A DNA stretch of 64,000 nt from an uncultured Halanaerobiaceae bacterium (GCA_964630835.1 CAZVZM010000001.1:60151-124150); one strand, 5' to 3'; positions 38,084 through 49,986 are shown, counted from the first letter of the stretch. Notes: generated from the sequence alone by a model not told the origin. Program-made: numbers and translations.

Positions 38084-38409
38084 ACTAAAAATCCCTGCAC
38101 GCAACAGAGCTGTAATGAGTTAATTTATGAAAATATCAAAAAATGCTCCGGTGTTACAGAATAATACTTTTGGCTCTTTTTCACATCACTTGTTGAACAT
38201 TGCTTATGGTCTCTTTTGCAATGTTTATCTCTGGAACCTATGGATTTCCATCATATATAGCATCTTACACAATAGCGGTTTAAGAGAAGGGGCATTCTTT
38301 TCTGATTAAAAGTTTTTGATAAAAATGGTTTGTTTTTGAGTTAAACCGCCAGGAACTCAGTACATTATTATGGAATTGATATTAAACTGGTGGGCGGAGA
38401 GAAAATATG

Positions 38410-38446
38410 GGTCTCTCCTGCTGGAAGCGGGGGGAGAGGCCTTTTT
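38410..38446 (+). terminator. Attenuator-type intrinsic terminator upstream of ilvB
   Basis: GGTCTCTCC..GGAGAGGCC stem followed by TTTTT, about 35 nt before the ilvB start. Confidence 0.7.
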
Positions 38447-38479
38447 CTATTCTAAATTAAGAGGAAGGAGCTGATTTGT

Positions 38480-40228
38480 GTGCCTCAGCTGCTATCAGGG
38501 GCAGAGATAATCGTTGAGTCTTTAAAGGAAGAAGATGTAGAGGTCATTTTTGGCTATCCGGGAGGAGCAGTAATACCTCTTTACGATCAGCTGTATGAGG
38601 AAGAATTCAACCACGTGCTACCCCATCACGAGCAGGGTGGTGTTCATGCAGCAGATGGATATGCTCGCTCCACGGGAAAAGTTGGAGTCTGTGTTGCTAC
38701 TTCGGGTCCAGGGGCCACCAATCTTGTTACAGGGTTAACTACAGCTAAAATGGACTCTGTGCCTGTGGTTGCCTTTACGGGACAGGTTCCCAGTCATATG
38801 CTCGGCAGTGATGCCTTTCAGGAAGCGGACATAACGGGCATTACCATGTCCATTACCAAGCACAATTATCTGGTTCAGAACATAGAAGATCTGGCCAGGA
38901 TAATTAAAGAGGCTTTTCATATAGCTCGCACAGGAAGACCCGGTCCGGTGCTGATAGATGTGCCCAAAGATATAATGCAGCAAAAGCACAGTTTTAGTTA
39001 TCCGGAAAGTGTAAAACTGCGCGGATACAGCCCCAACTACGAGGGGCATGAAGGGCAGGTCAAGACTGCCGCCGAAAAAATCAATCAGGCTGAAAGGCCG
39101 GTTATATATGCAGGCGGGGGAGTTCTTATTTCTCGTGCCACAGAAGAACTCAGAGAGATGGCATACAGAGGTCAGATTCCAGTAACGACCACTCTCACCG
39201 GACTCGGGGCTTTTGACGAAAATGAAAAATTAAGCCTCGGCATGCTAGGTATGCACGGAACCAGCGAGGCCAATTTAGCTGTTTCGAATGCCGACCTTAT
39301 GGTTGCCATCGGCTGCCGATTTGACGACCGGGTCACAGGAAAGCTGGATGAGTTTGCTCCGGAAGTGGAGGAAATTGTGCATATCGATATAGATCCCGGG
39401 GAGATTGGCAAGAGAGTTTCCATAGATGTACCGATAGTTGGAGATGCAAAAAATGTGCTGCAGAAATTAAATCCCCGACTCGAAGAGAGAGAGCATAGAG
39501 ACTGGCTGGATAAAATTGCCAGCTGGAAGGAGATAGATCGTGCAAATATAGAAATGTCCAGCGGCGAGGATCGCGCTGCCCCTCACAGGATTATGAATAC
39601 CATTTATGAACTGACGGATGGTGAGGCTTACATAGTTACAGAGGTGGGACAGCATCAGATGTGGGCTGCCCAGCATTATCAATATTCCCATCCCCGTCAG
39701 TTTGTAACCTCCGGAGGCCTGGGCACAATGGGGTATGGTCTTCCGGCCTCAGTTGGGGTGCAGGTGGGAAATCCTGAAGAAGATGTGTTTGTCATAGCTG
39801 GAGATGGCAGTCTGCAGATGAATATTCAGGAGCTGGCAACGGCTGTGAAAAACGAGCTGCCTATCAATATCATTCTTTTCAATAATGCGTTTTTGGGCAT
39901 GGTAAGGCAGTGGCAGGAGATGTTTGCCGACGGCCGTTATTCACACACATGCCTTAAAGAACGACATGACTGTCCCCGTCAGTGTTCGGGTCCTGATGAA
40001 GAAATTTGCCAGGAGATGGTTCCGGACTTTGTGAAAGTGGCAGAGAGCTATGATGTTAAGTCGGCCCGGGTGAAAGACATGGAAAATTTTAAGGAAGAAC
40101 TCTCCCGCTCGCTGAACCATGACGGCCCTTCCTTAATAGAAGTTATGATTGAAGAGGAGGCGAACGTTTTCCCCATGGTGCCGCCCGGAGGTTCCCTCTA
40201 TGAAATGATGTATGAGGAGGATGATTAA
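38480..40228 (+). CDS. ilvB: Acetolactate synthase large subunit
   Basis: FGYPGGAV, HEQG..HAADGYAR, TSGPGATN, DAFQEAD and ThDP motif GDGSLQMNIQE..NN. Confidence 0.95.
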   Translation: MPQLLSGAEIIVESLKEEDVEVIFGYPGGAVIPLYDQLYEEEFNHVLPHHEQGGVHAADGYARSTGKVGVCVATSGPGATNLVTGLTTAKMDSVPVVAFTGQVPSHMLGSDAFQEADITGITMSITKHNYLVQNIEDLARIIKEAFHIARTGRPGPVLIDVPKDIMQQKHSFSYPESVKLRGYSPNYEGHEGQVKTAAEKINQAERPVIYAGGGVLISRATEELREMAYRGQIPVTTTLTGLGAFDENEKLSLGMLGMHGTSEANLAVSNADLMVAIGCRFDDRVTGKLDEFAPEVEEIVHIDIDPGEIGKRVSIDVPIVGDAKNVLQKLNPRLEEREHRDWLDKIASWKEIDRANIEMSSGEDRAAPHRIMNTIYELTDGEAYIVTEVGQHQMWAAQHYQYSHPRQFVTSGGLGTMGYGLPASVGVQVGNPEEDVFVIAGDGSLQMNIQELATAVKNELPINIILFNNAFLGMVRQWQEMFADGRYSHTCLKERHDCPRQCSGPDEEICQEMVPDFVKVAESYDVKSARVKDMENFKEELSRSLNHDGPSLIEVMIEEEANVFPMVPPGGSLYEMMYEEDD

Positions 40229-40230
40229 TT

Positions 40231-40710
40231 ATGAAACATACTCTATCTGTGCTTGTCGAAAATGAATCCGGGGTGCTGGCCCGAATTGCCAGTCTTTTCA
40301 GCAGAAGAGGATTTAATATTAAAAACCTTTCGGTGGGCGAAACGGCCGAAAAAAATGTCTCAAGAATTACGCTGGTTGTTGAGGGAGATGAGCACATAGT
40401 GGAGCAGGTTATGAAACAGCTCAATAAGTTGATTCCAGTTTTTAAGGTCAGCAATCTCTCCCATGATCCCACCGTTAGCCGCAATCTTGCCTTTTTTAAA
40501 GTGAAGTCTGATTATAAAAGCCGTTCTGAGATCATACAGATGGTTGATGTTTTTCGGGGGGAAGTGGTTGATGTCAGCAAAGATTCCATCATGATTGAGG
40601 TGACTGGTGATGAGGAGAAGATACAGGCGCTGCAGGAACTATTAAAACCCTATGGAATAGAGGAGATGGTGAGAACCGGAAAGATAGCAATGGCCCGGGG
40701 AGAAAAATAA
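40231..40710 (+). CDS. ilvN: Acetolactate synthase regulatory subunit
   Basis: MKHTLSVLVENESGVLARIASLFSRRGFNI (ACT domain). Confidence 0.93.
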   Translation: MKHTLSVLVENESGVLARIASLFSRRGFNIKNLSVGETAEKNVSRITLVVEGDEHIVEQVMKQLNKLIPVFKVSNLSHDPTVSRNLAFFKVKSDYKSRSEIIQMVDVFRGEVVDVSKDSIMIEVTGDEEKIQALQELLKPYGIEEMVRTGKIAMARGEK

Positions 40711-40800
40711 TTTGTAATGGAGATATTGAATTCTGTTCGCATGAAATCTTCCCTGCAACTGATGCGGATAAAAAACCAAATTATTTAGGAGGCATATATT

Positions 40801-41799
40801 ATGACTGAAGTTTATTATAAAAAAGATGCTGAACCTGATAATCTCAAAGACAGAAGGTTTGCAGTGATAGGATACGGCAGCCAGGGTCGGGGACAGGCTT
40901 TAAATCTTCGTGATTCCGGTGTGGAAGTAGTCCTGGGGCTCAGACAGGGAGGCGATAGTTATCAAAAAGCAAGAGAAGATGGATTTGAGCCTCTCCCTGT
41001 AAAAGAGGCTGCCGCTGAAGGAGATATAATACACATGCTCATTCCCGATGAGGTACAGAGGCAGGTTTATGAGGAAAAAATTGCTTCCAATCTCTCGACA
41101 GGGGATGCCCTGGCTTTTTCGCATGGCTTTAATATACATTACCAGCAAATTGAGCCCCCTAAGAATGTAGATGTTTATATGGTGGCTCCCAAAAGTCCGG
41201 GTGACCTTCTGCGGCGTGTTTATGTTAAAGGAGAAGGCGTGCCCTGTCTTCTGGCTGTGTATCAGGACCACACCGGCAGTGCCCGGGATATTGCCCTGGC
41301 CCATGCAGATGGAATAGGCGGTACCAGAGCTGGTGTGCTGGAAACAACCTTTGCCGAGGAGACGGAGTCTGACCTCTTTGGGGAACAGGCTGTTCTCTGC
41401 GGCGGGGTCACAGAGCTTGTGCGGGCCGGCTTTGAAACTCTTGTTGAGAACGGATACAGCCCGGAGATTGCCTATTTTGAATGTCTGCATGAACTCAAAT
41501 TGATTGTAGACCTCATGTATGAAGGAGGGATCTCCTGTATGCGCGACAATATTTCAGATACGGCTGAGTATGGAGATCTTGTTTCCGGAAAAAGAATTAT
41601 AAATGATAAATCCCGCGAGGCCATGCAGGAAATCCTGCGTGAGGTACAAAACGGAGAATTTGCCAAACGCTGGCTTCTGGAAAATATGGCTGGCAGGCCT
41701 TCATACGGGGAGAGAAAAAGGAAGCAGGAAGAGCATCAGATAGAAAAAGTGGGGGAAAAGTTGCGAAAGATGATGAACTGGCAGGAGGAGGGAATATGA
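40801..41799 (+). CDS. ilvC: Ketol-acid reductoisomerase
   Basis: [31 protein letters not shown] and SDTAEYG motifs. Confidence 0.95.
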   Translation: MTEVYYKKDAEPDNLKDRRFAVIGYGSQGRGQALNLRDSGVEVVLGLRQGGDSYQKAREDGFEPLPVKEAAAEGDIIHMLIPDEVQRQVYEEKIASNLSTGDALAFSHGFNIHYQQIEPPKNVDVYMVAPKSPGDLLRRVYVKGEGVPCLLAVYQDHTGSARDIALAHADGIGGTRAGVLETTFAEETESDLFGEQAVLCGGVTELVRAGFETLVENGYSPEIAYFECLHELKLIVDLMYEGGISCMRDNISDTAEYGDLVSGKRIINDKSREAMQEILREVQNGEFAKRWLLENMAGRPSYGERKRKQEEHQIEKVGEKLRKMMNWQEEGI

Positions 41800-43373
41800 C
41801 GGTAAAAATTTTTGACACCACCCTGCGTGATGGAGAACAATCTCCCGGCGTTAATTTAAACGCAGAGGAGAAGTTGAGAATAGCTCAACAGCTTGCCAGA
41901 CTGCAGGTAGATGTAATAGAGGCCGGTTTTCCCATATCATCTTCCGGGGATTTTGAAGCTGTGCGCGGGATAGCAGAAAAGGTCTCCGGATCCGTGATAG
42001 CGGGGCTGGCTAGAGCCAGTGATGAGGATATCGATAGAGCCTGGGAGGCCGTTAAGCCTGCAGACCGGCCCAGAATTCACACTTTTATTGCCACTTCCCC
42101 GGTCCATATGGAGCATAAGCTGCAAAAAACACCGGAGGAAGTGCTGCAGGATGCCGTTCAGGCGGTGAAGCGAGCTAAAAGCTACTGTGAGGACGTGGAA
42201 TTTTCTGCTGAAGATGCTTTTCGCAGCGATAAAGATTTTCTCTGCCGGCTTTTTACCGCCGTGATCGAAGCCGGAGCCACAACCATTAATATCCCCGATA
42301 CTGTAGGTTATGCAACCCCGGAAGAATTCAGGAGTTTTGTAAAATATATATCTGCTTATGTGGAAAACATTTCTCAGGCAGAGATAAGCGTTCATTGCCA
42401 CAATGATCTCGGCCTGGCCGCAGCCAACTCTCTGGCAGCTCTGGATGCCGGTGTGACTCAGATAGAGTGCGCGGTCAACGGCATAGGAGAGAGGGCGGGG
42501 AATGCTGCTCTGGAAGAGATAGTTCTGGCCCTGCACACTCGAAAAGAAAAATATGATCAGAAGACTTCTCTAAATCTGCAGGAGATACACCGCACCAGCC
42601 GTCTGGTGAGCAATCTCACCGGCATGGAGGTGCAGCCCAATAAGGCAATTGTGGGCGAGAATGCCTTTGCCCATGAAGCGGGTATACATCAGGATGGAGT
42701 TCTTAAGGAGCGAACGACGTATGAGATAATGGATGCATCAACTATAGGACTTGAAGAAAATAAGATAGTTCTGGGCAAACATTCCGGGCGCAGTGCTTTT
42801 AGAGAAAAGCTAAAAGAACTTGGTTATAATCTGGATGAAGAGCAGCTAAATTCGGCATTTCAAAAATTTAAGGAGCTTACAGATCGCAAAAAGGAAATAA
42901 GCAGCCTCGATCTGGAGGCGATAGTTGAGGGGCAGCTCCTGCAGACCGGGGATATTCTGGAACTTAAAAAATTACAGATTACCACCGGCACAGGAATTTC
43001 CACAGCCACAGTCCACATGGAAAAATGCGGAGATAAGGTGCTTGAATCCGCCTGTTCTGAAGGAGGTCCGGTCGATGCGGTTTATCGGACAATAAATGCA
43101 GTTTCCGGGTGGTCCCCCTCTCTGCGCCTGTTTAAGATAGATGCCATCACCGGGGGCAAAGATGCTCTAGCCCATGTCACGGTTAAAATTGAAAATGATA
43201 TTGAAAAAGAGTGTGGCGCCGGCCACCAAAAAGATAGAGACGGAGTTTACCTTGGACGGGGTGTAAGCACCGATACACTTAAGGCCAGTGCCCTGGCCTA
43301 TATCAATGCCACCAATCGGCTGCTGACTGATCTGGAGGATCCCTCTCACCCGGAATGCAAGGAGGATGAGTAG
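41796..43373 (+). CDS. leuA: 2-isopropylmalate synthase
   Basis: [36 protein letters not shown] and C-terminal regulatory domain. Confidence 0.93.
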   Translation: MTVKIFDTTLRDGEQSPGVNLNAEEKLRIAQQLARLQVDVIEAGFPISSSGDFEAVRGIAEKVSGSVIAGLARASDEDIDRAWEAVKPADRPRIHTFIATSPVHMEHKLQKTPEEVLQDAVQAVKRAKSYCEDVEFSAEDAFRSDKDFLCRLFTAVIEAGATTINIPDTVGYATPEEFRSFVKYISAYVENISQAEISVHCHNDLGLAAANSLAALDAGVTQIECAVNGIGERAGNAALEEIVLALHTRKEKYDQKTSLNLQEIHRTSRLVSNLTGMEVQPNKAIVGENAFAHEAGIHQDGVLKERTTYEIMDASTIGLEENKIVLGKHSGRSAFREKLKELGYNLDEEQLNSAFQKFKELTDRKKEISSLDLEAIVEGQLLQTGDILELKKLQITTGTGISTATVHMEKCGDKVLESACSEGGPVDAVYRTINAVSGWSPSLRLFKIDAITGGKDALAHVTVKIENDIEKECGAGHQKDRDGVYLGRGVSTDTLKASALAYINATNRLLTDLEDPSHPECKEDE

Positions 43374-43374
43374 T

Positions 43375-44637
43375 ATGGGCCGGACTATGGTGGAGAAGAT
43401 CCTTGCTGCCCATTCGGATAGAGAAAATCTCACTCCCGGTGAGATAGTGGAAGCTGAAGTGGATCTGGTGCTGGGCAATGATATCACCACTCCCGTGGCT
43501 TTAGATGAATTCGATAAAATAGGTGTCAATAGCGTTTTTGACAGGTCCAAAATAGCCCTTGTGCCCGATCACTTTGCTCCCAATAAGGATATTGAGTCCG
43601 CGCGTCAATGTCAGAGAATGCGTGAGTTTGCCCGGGAACAGGATTTAGAACATTATTTTGAGCTGGGAGAAATGGGCATTGAACACTGCCTGCTTCCGGA
43701 ACAGGGCCTGATACTTCCCGGACAGATAATTGTGGGGGCTGATTCGCACACCTGTACCTATGGGGCTTTCGGTGCTATGGGAACAGGTGTGGGCAGCACA
43801 GATATGGCTGCAGCCATGGCCTGCGGAGAAACCTGGTTTAGAGTCCCGGGATCGATTAAAATTATATTTCGAGGCACGCTAAAGGACTGGGTGGGGGCCA
43901 AGGATCTCATACTTTATCTGATTGGTGATATAGGGGTGGATGGCGCCCTGTACAATTCTCTTGAATTTACCGGAGAGGTTATAGACAGACTGAATATGGC
44001 CGGCAGAATGACTATGTCAAATATGGCTGTGGAGGCTGGAGCTAAATGCGGCCTTATAGCTCCCGATCGGATTACGAAAGAATATTTGCAGGATAGAACA
44101 GACGAGAATTATACCTGTTATTACAGCGATGAGGAGGCAAAATATCTTCAGGTGATAGAGTATGATGCTGCCGAAATTGAACCCCAGGTAGCTCTGCCCC
44201 ATCTGCCGGAAAATGCTGTCCCTGCAGGCGATGTAAATGATGTATGCCTTGATCAGGTGGTGATTGGTTCCTGCACCAATGGACGTCTCAGTGATCTGAG
44301 AACTGCCGCTCGCGTACTGGAGGGGCGCAGAAAGTCCGAAAGCATCAGACTTATCGTCATACCCGGCACTCAGAGTATATACAGACAGGCCATAAAAGAA
44401 GGTATTGTAGAGAAGCTTATGGAGGCCGGGGCAGTAATAAGCACTCCCACCTGCGGACCCTGCCTGGGCGGTCATATGGGAGTCCTGGCTCCCGGTGAAA
44501 AGGCGCTGGCTACCACAAATCGCAATTTTGTAGGTCGTATGGGTGACCCTGAAAGCGAAGTGTATCTGGCCGGACCGGCCGTGGCGGCTGCATCAGCCGT
44601 TGCTGGCAGGATCGCCACCCCCGGGGAGGTTGTGTAA
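43375..44637 (+). CDS. leuC: 3-isopropylmalate dehydratase large subunit
   Basis: GADSHTCTYGA, IGSCTNGR, CGPCLGGH and TNRNF.GRMG. Alternative start at 43366. Confidence 0.92.
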   Translation: MGRTMVEKILAAHSDRENLTPGEIVEAEVDLVLGNDITTPVALDEFDKIGVNSVFDRSKIALVPDHFAPNKDIESARQCQRMREFAREQDLEHYFELGEMGIEHCLLPEQGLILPGQIIVGADSHTCTYGAFGAMGTGVGSTDMAAAMACGETWFRVPGSIKIIFRGTLKDWVGAKDLILYLIGDIGVDGALYNSLEFTGEVIDRLNMAGRMTMSNMAVEAGAKCGLIAPDRITKEYLQDRTDENYTCYYSDEEAKYLQVIEYDAAEIEPQVALPHLPENAVPAGDVNDVCLDQVVIGSCTNGRLSDLRTAARVLEGRRKSESIRLIVIPGTQSIYRQAIKEGIVEKLMEAGAVISTPTCGPCLGGHMGVLAPGEKALATTNRNFVGRMGDPESEVYLAGPAVAAASAVAGRIATPGEVV

Positions 44638-45141
44638 ATGAGTCTGAAAAAAATTGAAGGAAGAGTCTGGAAATACGGTGATGATGTGGACACGGATGTG
44701 ATTATTCCCGCCCGTTACCTGAATACCTCCAGTCCTGGGGAGCTGGCGGCTCACTGCCTGGAGGATCTGGATAAGAATTTTTCGACAGAAGTAAATGAAG
44801 GCGATATAATTGCTGCCGGATCCAATTTTGGCTGCGGCAGCTCCCGTGAACATGCTCCACTGGCCATAAAACACTCCGGTATAAGCTGTGTAATTGCAGC
44901 TTCTTTTGCCCGCATATTTTTTCGCAATGCTCTCAACATCGGTCTGCCCATCTTCGAATGTCCTTCGGCCGCTGCGGCAATTGATGATGGTGATATGGTC
45001 AGGATATATCCCCGCCAGGGAGAAATCTATAATCTGACTCAGGATAATAGATATGAGATCTCCTCTTATCCCCCCTTCATTGAGAAATTGATAGAAAAGG
45101 GTGGATTAATCAACTATACAAAAGGAAAGGTGTCAGAATAA
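44638..45141 (+). CDS. leuD: 3-isopropylmalate dehydratase small subunit
   Basis: [23 protein letters not shown] and SFARIFFRN motifs. Confidence 0.92.
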   Translation: MSLKKIEGRVWKYGDDVDTDVIIPARYLNTSSPGELAAHCLEDLDKNFSTEVNEGDIIAAGSNFGCGSSREHAPLAIKHSGISCVIAASFARIFFRNALNIGLPIFECPSAAAAIDDGDMVRIYPRQGEIYNLTQDNRYEISSYPPFIEKLIEKGGLINYTKGKVSE

Positions 45142-45142
45142 C

Positions 45143-46189
45143 ATGTCAAAATTCGATATAGCAGTAATACCAGGAGATGGTATAGGCCCCGAGGTTACAG
45201 CAGAGGCTCTAAAGGTGATGGAAAAAGTGGAGAGAGAAACTGAGATCGGTTTCAATATTGAAAAATTTCCCCCGGGAGCTGACCACTACCTCAGCACCGG
45301 TGAGCTGCTCAGCGACAAAATTAAATCGGATATATCCGACTGCGATGCTTTATTTCTGGGAGCGGTGGGTGATCCACGAGTGAAGCCGGGAGTTTTGGAG
45401 AGGGGAATTCTCCTCGACCTGCGCTTTTCATTCGATCAATTCGTCAATTTGCGCCCTATAAATCTCCTGCACAGCAGGTACACCCCGCTGAAGGACAAAG
45501 ATCCAGAGGATATAGATATGGTGGTGCTGAGGGAAAACACTGAGGGTCTTTACGTCAACAGTGGAGGTTTTCTGCATAAGGATACTGAGAATGAAGTGGC
45601 CGTGCAGGAAATGATCAACTCCTATCGGGGGGTAAAAAGAATAGTAGATTATGCTTTTAATTTTGCTGCCGCCCGGGAAGGCAGGCTCATACTCAGTGAT
45701 AAAAGCAATGTCCTGGGGTATGCACATGATCTTTGGCAGCGAGTATTTAATGAGACGGCAGAAGAGAATAGAGATGTAAAAGGTGAACATATTTTAATTG
45801 ATGCCCTCGCAATGAAGATGGTGCGCAGTCCTGAAGAAATGGATGTAATAGTTACCTGCAATATGTTCGGTGACATCATTACTGATCTGGGCGCAGAGCT
45901 GCAGGGAGGGATGGGAATGGCTGTATCCGCCAACATAAACCCGGATGGCATTTCCATGTTTGAACCGGTCCATGGTTCTGCACCGGATATTGCCGGCAGA
46001 GGAAAAGCTAACCCTGCTGCAGCTATCCTGGCAGCTGCCGAAATGCTTAAAAATCTTTCTCTCATGGAGGAAGCGGCCAGAGTGGAGAAAGCTGTGAGGA
46101 GAGCAATAAAGGAAGAGAGAATAACAGAGGATATGGGAGGAAGCCTGAACACTGAGGAAATGGGTGACTATATCTGCAACATGATGTGA
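45143..46189 (+). CDS. leuB: 3-isopropylmalate dehydrogenase
   Basis: PGDGIGPEV, NLRP, RENTEGLY, NMFGDIITD and EPVHGSAPDIAG; leu operon context. Confidence 0.88.
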   Translation: MSKFDIAVIPGDGIGPEVTAEALKVMEKVERETEIGFNIEKFPPGADHYLSTGELLSDKIKSDISDCDALFLGAVGDPRVKPGVLERGILLDLRFSFDQFVNLRPINLLHSRYTPLKDKDPEDIDMVVLRENTEGLYVNSGGFLHKDTENEVAVQEMINSYRGVKRIVDYAFNFAAAREGRLILSDKSNVLGYAHDLWQRVFNETAEENRDVKGEHILIDALAMKMVRSPEEMDVIVTCNMFGDIITDLGAELQGGMGMAVSANINPDGISMFEPVHGSAPDIAGRGKANPAAAILAAAEMLKNLSLMEEAARVEKAVRRAIKEERITEDMGGSLNTEEMGDYICNMM

Positions 46190-46448
46190 TTTTAGTTTGG
46201 TTTATAATTGCCCTCCCTCAAAACCATATCATCTCAATTTAGAATTATAATTCCCGGCATATCATGCATCCTGTCAATCAATTTGTGATAATTTTATTCA
46301 GTGCAATTATTTATCAGGGTCTTTTTCCAGGCCGAGGTTGTAAAAAGAAGCTATATATGCTGGAAATTTATATGGTTTTTCTTGCGTTCAGTTGGTAAAT
46401 AGGTGTGTCAAAAAAAAGTTTATTTAGTTATGCTGGAAGATATAAAGT

Positions 46449-46554
46449 TTCGTTCACAATGAAATTTTCCTGAGCCGGGGGAACAATTTTTTGGCCATGG
46501 ACCTGACCCGGGTTTCGAAAAAATTACCAGTGTCACTTCGCTTCATAGCTTCCA
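46449..46554 (-). repeat. Dispersed repeat, copy D (reverse orientation)
   Basis: Its reverse complement reads TGGAAGCTATGAAGCGAAGTGACACTGGTAATTTTTTCGAAACCCGGGTCAGGTCCATGGCC, matching 53811 onward. Confidence 0.8.
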
Positions 46555-46686
46555 GGTATAATCTTTATAAAAGCAAACTGGAACAAAATTATATCAACTC
46601 AAATACGGAGAAGATCCCTTATCAATAATTCGGAAGATATTTTAAGGACGCAGCGGTGAAGCAGCTGAGGAGGCAGAGGTAAATAA

Positions 46687-48252
46687 ATGCTAGAAATTCT
46701 CGATACCACTCTGCGGGATGGAACACAACAGGAAGGCATCGCATATTCCCCGGAGGATAAGCTTAACATAACAGAAAAACTCGCTGAGCTTGGTCTTGAT
46801 TATGTAGAGGGCGGCTGGCCCGGCTCCAACCCCAAAGATGCTGAATATTTTGCCAGGGTTCAGGAGCTTAATCTGCAGGATACAGAGGTGGCGGCATTTG
46901 GAAGTACAAGAAGGGCAGATAAATATCCTGAGGAGGATCCCAATTTAAAGAATCTGGTTGATTCGGATGTGGATACTGCCGTTATATTTGGTAAAGCATG
47001 GGATCTGCATGTTCGCGATGCGCTTTCGGTTGAGCGGGAAGTCAATCTGGATATGATATTCAGCTCGGTGGACTTTCTTAACAAATCTGGTATGAGAGTC
47101 ATTTTCGATGCCGAACACTTTTTTGATGGTTTTTCTGCCAGCAGAGGGTATGCCCTGGAAGTGGCCATGACGGCGGCTGAAGCCGGAGCAGATACTCTGG
47201 TTCTCTGCGATACCAACGGTGGATTTTTACCGGAGAAAATCAGCAGGATAGTGCAGGAGGTGCGAAAAAATGTAGACATTCCCCTGGGTATACATGCTCA
47301 TAATGATGGAGGTCTGGCCGTGGCTAATTCTCTGGCTGCAATAAAAGCCGGGGTTGAACACGTCCAGGGAACTATTAATGGTTATGGTGAAAGATGTGGA
47401 AATGCCAATCTCTGCAGCCTGCTTCCCACTCTGCAGCTGAAGAAGGGGTATTCTCTGATTCCTAAGGAAAGCCTGGAGAAACTGACGGCTGCAGCGCGTT
47501 ATATCAGTGAAGTGGGTAATTTAACTCCGCCCACCGCCGCTCCCTATGTAGGAGAGAGTGCTTTTGCACACAAGGGTGGAGTGCATGTTAACGCAGTTAT
47601 GAAAAACCCTGATACCTATGAGCATGTTGCTCCCGGAGAAGTCGGAAATCGCCGGCGGGTTCTTGTGTCGGAACTTTCAGGGCGCAGCAACCTTCGTTAT
47701 AAAGCGGATGAACTGGGAATTGAACTTGAAAAAAAAGAAACTGAGCAAATTCTCGACCGCATTAAAGAACTTGAGCACAGGGGATATAATTTTGAGGGGG
47801 CCGAGGCCTCATTTTATCTCCTGGTTGAAAGATTTAGAGGAGAGCACCAGCCTCTATTTGAACTGGATAATATAAGGATCTTTACCGATAAGTCAGCCAG
47901 CGGCCAGCCTCTATCAGAGGCGTCAATAAAGCTGACGGTTGAAGGAGAAAAGATGCATACAGCAGCAGAGGGGGTGGGGCCGGTAAATGCTCTTGATAGT
48001 GCCCTGCGCAAAGCTCTCTCCAGTTTTTATCCCTCGCTGGAAGATCTATATCTTGTCGATTACAAGGTCAGGGTAATAGACAGCAGTCAGGGAACTGCTG
48101 CGGCGGTAAGGGTGCTGGTTAAAACCAGTAATGGCAGCAAAAACTGGGGCACTGTAGGGGTTTCCACCAATATTATTGAAGCCAGCTGGCAGGCTGTGGT
48201 TGACAGTGTTGAATATGGCATAAGATTGAACAGGAAAGAGGGGATCGAGTAG
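46687..48252 (+). CDS. cimA: Citramalate synthase
   Basis: [40 protein letters not shown] and VDYKVR motifs typical of the bacterial CimA clade. Confidence 0.85.
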   Translation: MLEILDTTLRDGTQQEGIAYSPEDKLNITEKLAELGLDYVEGGWPGSNPKDAEYFARVQELNLQDTEVAAFGSTRRADKYPEEDPNLKNLVDSDVDTAVIFGKAWDLHVRDALSVEREVNLDMIFSSVDFLNKSGMRVIFDAEHFFDGFSASRGYALEVAMTAAEAGADTLVLCDTNGGFLPEKISRIVQEVRKNVDIPLGIHAHNDGGLAVANSLAAIKAGVEHVQGTINGYGERCGNANLCSLLPTLQLKKGYSLIPKESLEKLTAAARYISEVGNLTPPTAAPYVGESAFAHKGGVHVNAVMKNPDTYEHVAPGEVGNRRRVLVSELSGRSNLRYKADELGIELEKKETEQILDRIKELEHRGYNFEGAEASFYLLVERFRGEHQPLFELDNIRIFTDKSASGQPLSEASIKLTVEGEKMHTAAEGVGPVNALDSALRKALSSFYPSLEDLYLVDYKVRVIDSSQGTAAAVRVLVKTSNGSKNWGTVGVSTNIIEASWQAVVDSVEYGIRLNRKEGIE

Positions 48253-48287
48253 AGAAGTTTTTTACAGGAGAGGGGGAGATTAATTTA

Positions 48288-49958
48288 ATGAATGAATTGA
48301 ATAGCAGTGCTGTGACAGCGAGGGTGGATAACGCTCCTCAGCGTTCTCTTTTTAAAGCCCTTGGTTATACAGATGATGACCTGGATCGCCCTCTTATCGG
48401 AATAGCCAATTCCTACAGCGAACTGATTCCCGGCCACAAGCATTTAAGGCTTATTGCAGATGCCGTAAGAGATGGGATCAATAGAGGAGGAGGCACACCT
48501 CTGGAGTTCGGCAGCATCGGCATCTGTGATGGTATAGCCATGGGACATGAGGGCATGCATTTTTCCCTGCCCAGCCGGGAGTTAATAGCTGATTCTATCT
48601 GTTCTGTGGCCAGGGCTCATGCTCTCGATGGGCTGGTGCTGATACCGAACTGCGATAAAATCGTGCCGGGTATGATGATGGCAGCAGCCAGCCTGGATCT
48701 GCCATCTCTGGTGGTCAGCGGTGGTCCCATGCTTGCAGGTCGTCATGAAGGAGAGAAAGTCGACCTCAAAAACGTTTTTGAGGGAGTGGCTGGAGTAAAA
48801 TCAGGTCAGATGAGCAGAGCCAGTCTTGAGAAACTTGAAAATAGAGCCTGCCCCGGCTGCGGATCCTGTGCTGGCATGTTTACAGCCAACTCGATGAACT
48901 GTCTGAGCGAGGTTCTGGGACTTGCTTTGCCCGGCAACGGCACCATCCCGGCGGTTTATGCTGCCAGGGAACGTCTGGCCCGGCGGGCGGGCAGACAGGT
49001 GATGGATCTGGTGGAGAGAAATATATCTCCCCGCGATATTTTACAGCCGGAAGCTTTTTATAATGCTTTAAAAGTAGATATGGCACTGGGCTGTTCTACA
49101 AATACTGCGCTGCATCTGCCGGCGATAGCTCACGCTGCAAATATTGAGCTGGATCTGGAGATGATAAATGAGATAAATTCAGAGGTGCCGCAGCTATGCA
49201 GTTTAAGCCCCTCTGGGCGCCATCATATTGAAGATCTTCATCGGGCCGGAGGAATGGCAGCAGTAATGCAGGAGCTGCAAAAAAAAGATCTGCTTGAGGG
49301 AGAAGTTATGACCGTTTCGGGCAGGACTTTGAGGAATAATTTGAGTGATTTTCCTGCTGCTGAGGGTAGTGTAATTAGAAGGATAGATAATCCCTATCGT
49401 GAAGAAGGAGGTCTTGCTCTGCTCTCCGGCAATCTGGCTCCAGATGGAAGTGTAGTTAAATCTGGAGCGGTAGCTGAAGAAATGATGCGGCATGAAGGGC
49501 CGGCGAGAGTGTTTAATAGCGAAGAGGAGGCTGTTTCTGCAATAAATGGTGGCAGGATCAATTCAGGAGATGTAGTTGTTATTCGTTATGAAGGACCTAA
49601 AGGAGGTCCGGGAATGCGGGAAATGCTCACTCCCACCTCCGCTGTGGCAGGAGCCGGCCTGGAAAAGGAAGTAGCTCTGATTACTGACGGTAGATTTTCC
49701 GGCGCCACCCGTGGAGCAGCCATTGGACATATTTCACCTGAAGCCATGGCCGGTGGTCCTCTGGCCGCGGTGCAGGAAGGGGATTTGATTTCCTATGATA
49801 TTCCCGACCGAAAACTGAAAGTGAACCTGACCGATAAGGAGATAAATAATCGACTGGAAAAATGGCAGCAGCCTGAATTGCAAATCGATAGCAGATATCT
49901 GCGGAGATATTCCAGGCTGGTCACCTCAGCCAGTAGAGGTGCAGTTTTGCAGTCTTAA
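48288..49958 (+). CDS. ilvD: Dihydroxy-acid dehydratase
   Basis: [45 protein letters not shown] and TDGRFSG motifs. Confidence 0.95.
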   Translation: MNELNSSAVTARVDNAPQRSLFKALGYTDDDLDRPLIGIANSYSELIPGHKHLRLIADAVRDGINRGGGTPLEFGSIGICDGIAMGHEGMHFSLPSRELIADSICSVARAHALDGLVLIPNCDKIVPGMMMAAASLDLPSLVVSGGPMLAGRHEGEKVDLKNVFEGVAGVKSGQMSRASLEKLENRACPGCGSCAGMFTANSMNCLSEVLGLALPGNGTIPAVYAARERLARRAGRQVMDLVERNISPRDILQPEAFYNALKVDMALGCSTNTALHLPAIAHAANIELDLEMINEINSEVPQLCSLSPSGRHHIEDLHRAGGMAAVMQELQKKDLLEGEVMTVSGRTLRNNLSDFPAAEGSVIRRIDNPYREEGGLALLSGNLAPDGSVVKSGAVAEEMMRHEGPARVFNSEEEAVSAINGGRINSGDVVVIRYEGPKGGPGMREMLTPTSAVAGAGLEKEVALITDGRFSGATRGAAIGHISPEAMAGGPLAAVQEGDLISYDIPDRKLKVNLTDKEINNRLEKWQQPELQIDSRYLRRYSRLVTSASRGAVLQS

Positions 49959-49986
49959 TCAATATCGAACTGAAGGGGTGTTCAAA

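Noticed and set aside
38370-38410. T-box in the ilvB leader (AAACTGGTGGGCGG)
   Set aside because: No UGGNACC bulge and no Stem I or Stem II motifs.
40711-40790. Possible further degenerate repeat copies (also 51105-51145 and 53715-53765)
   Set aside because: Only short patches such as ATGAAAT..TTCC and AAATTTTCATTG match, which is not distinguishable from chance by eye.
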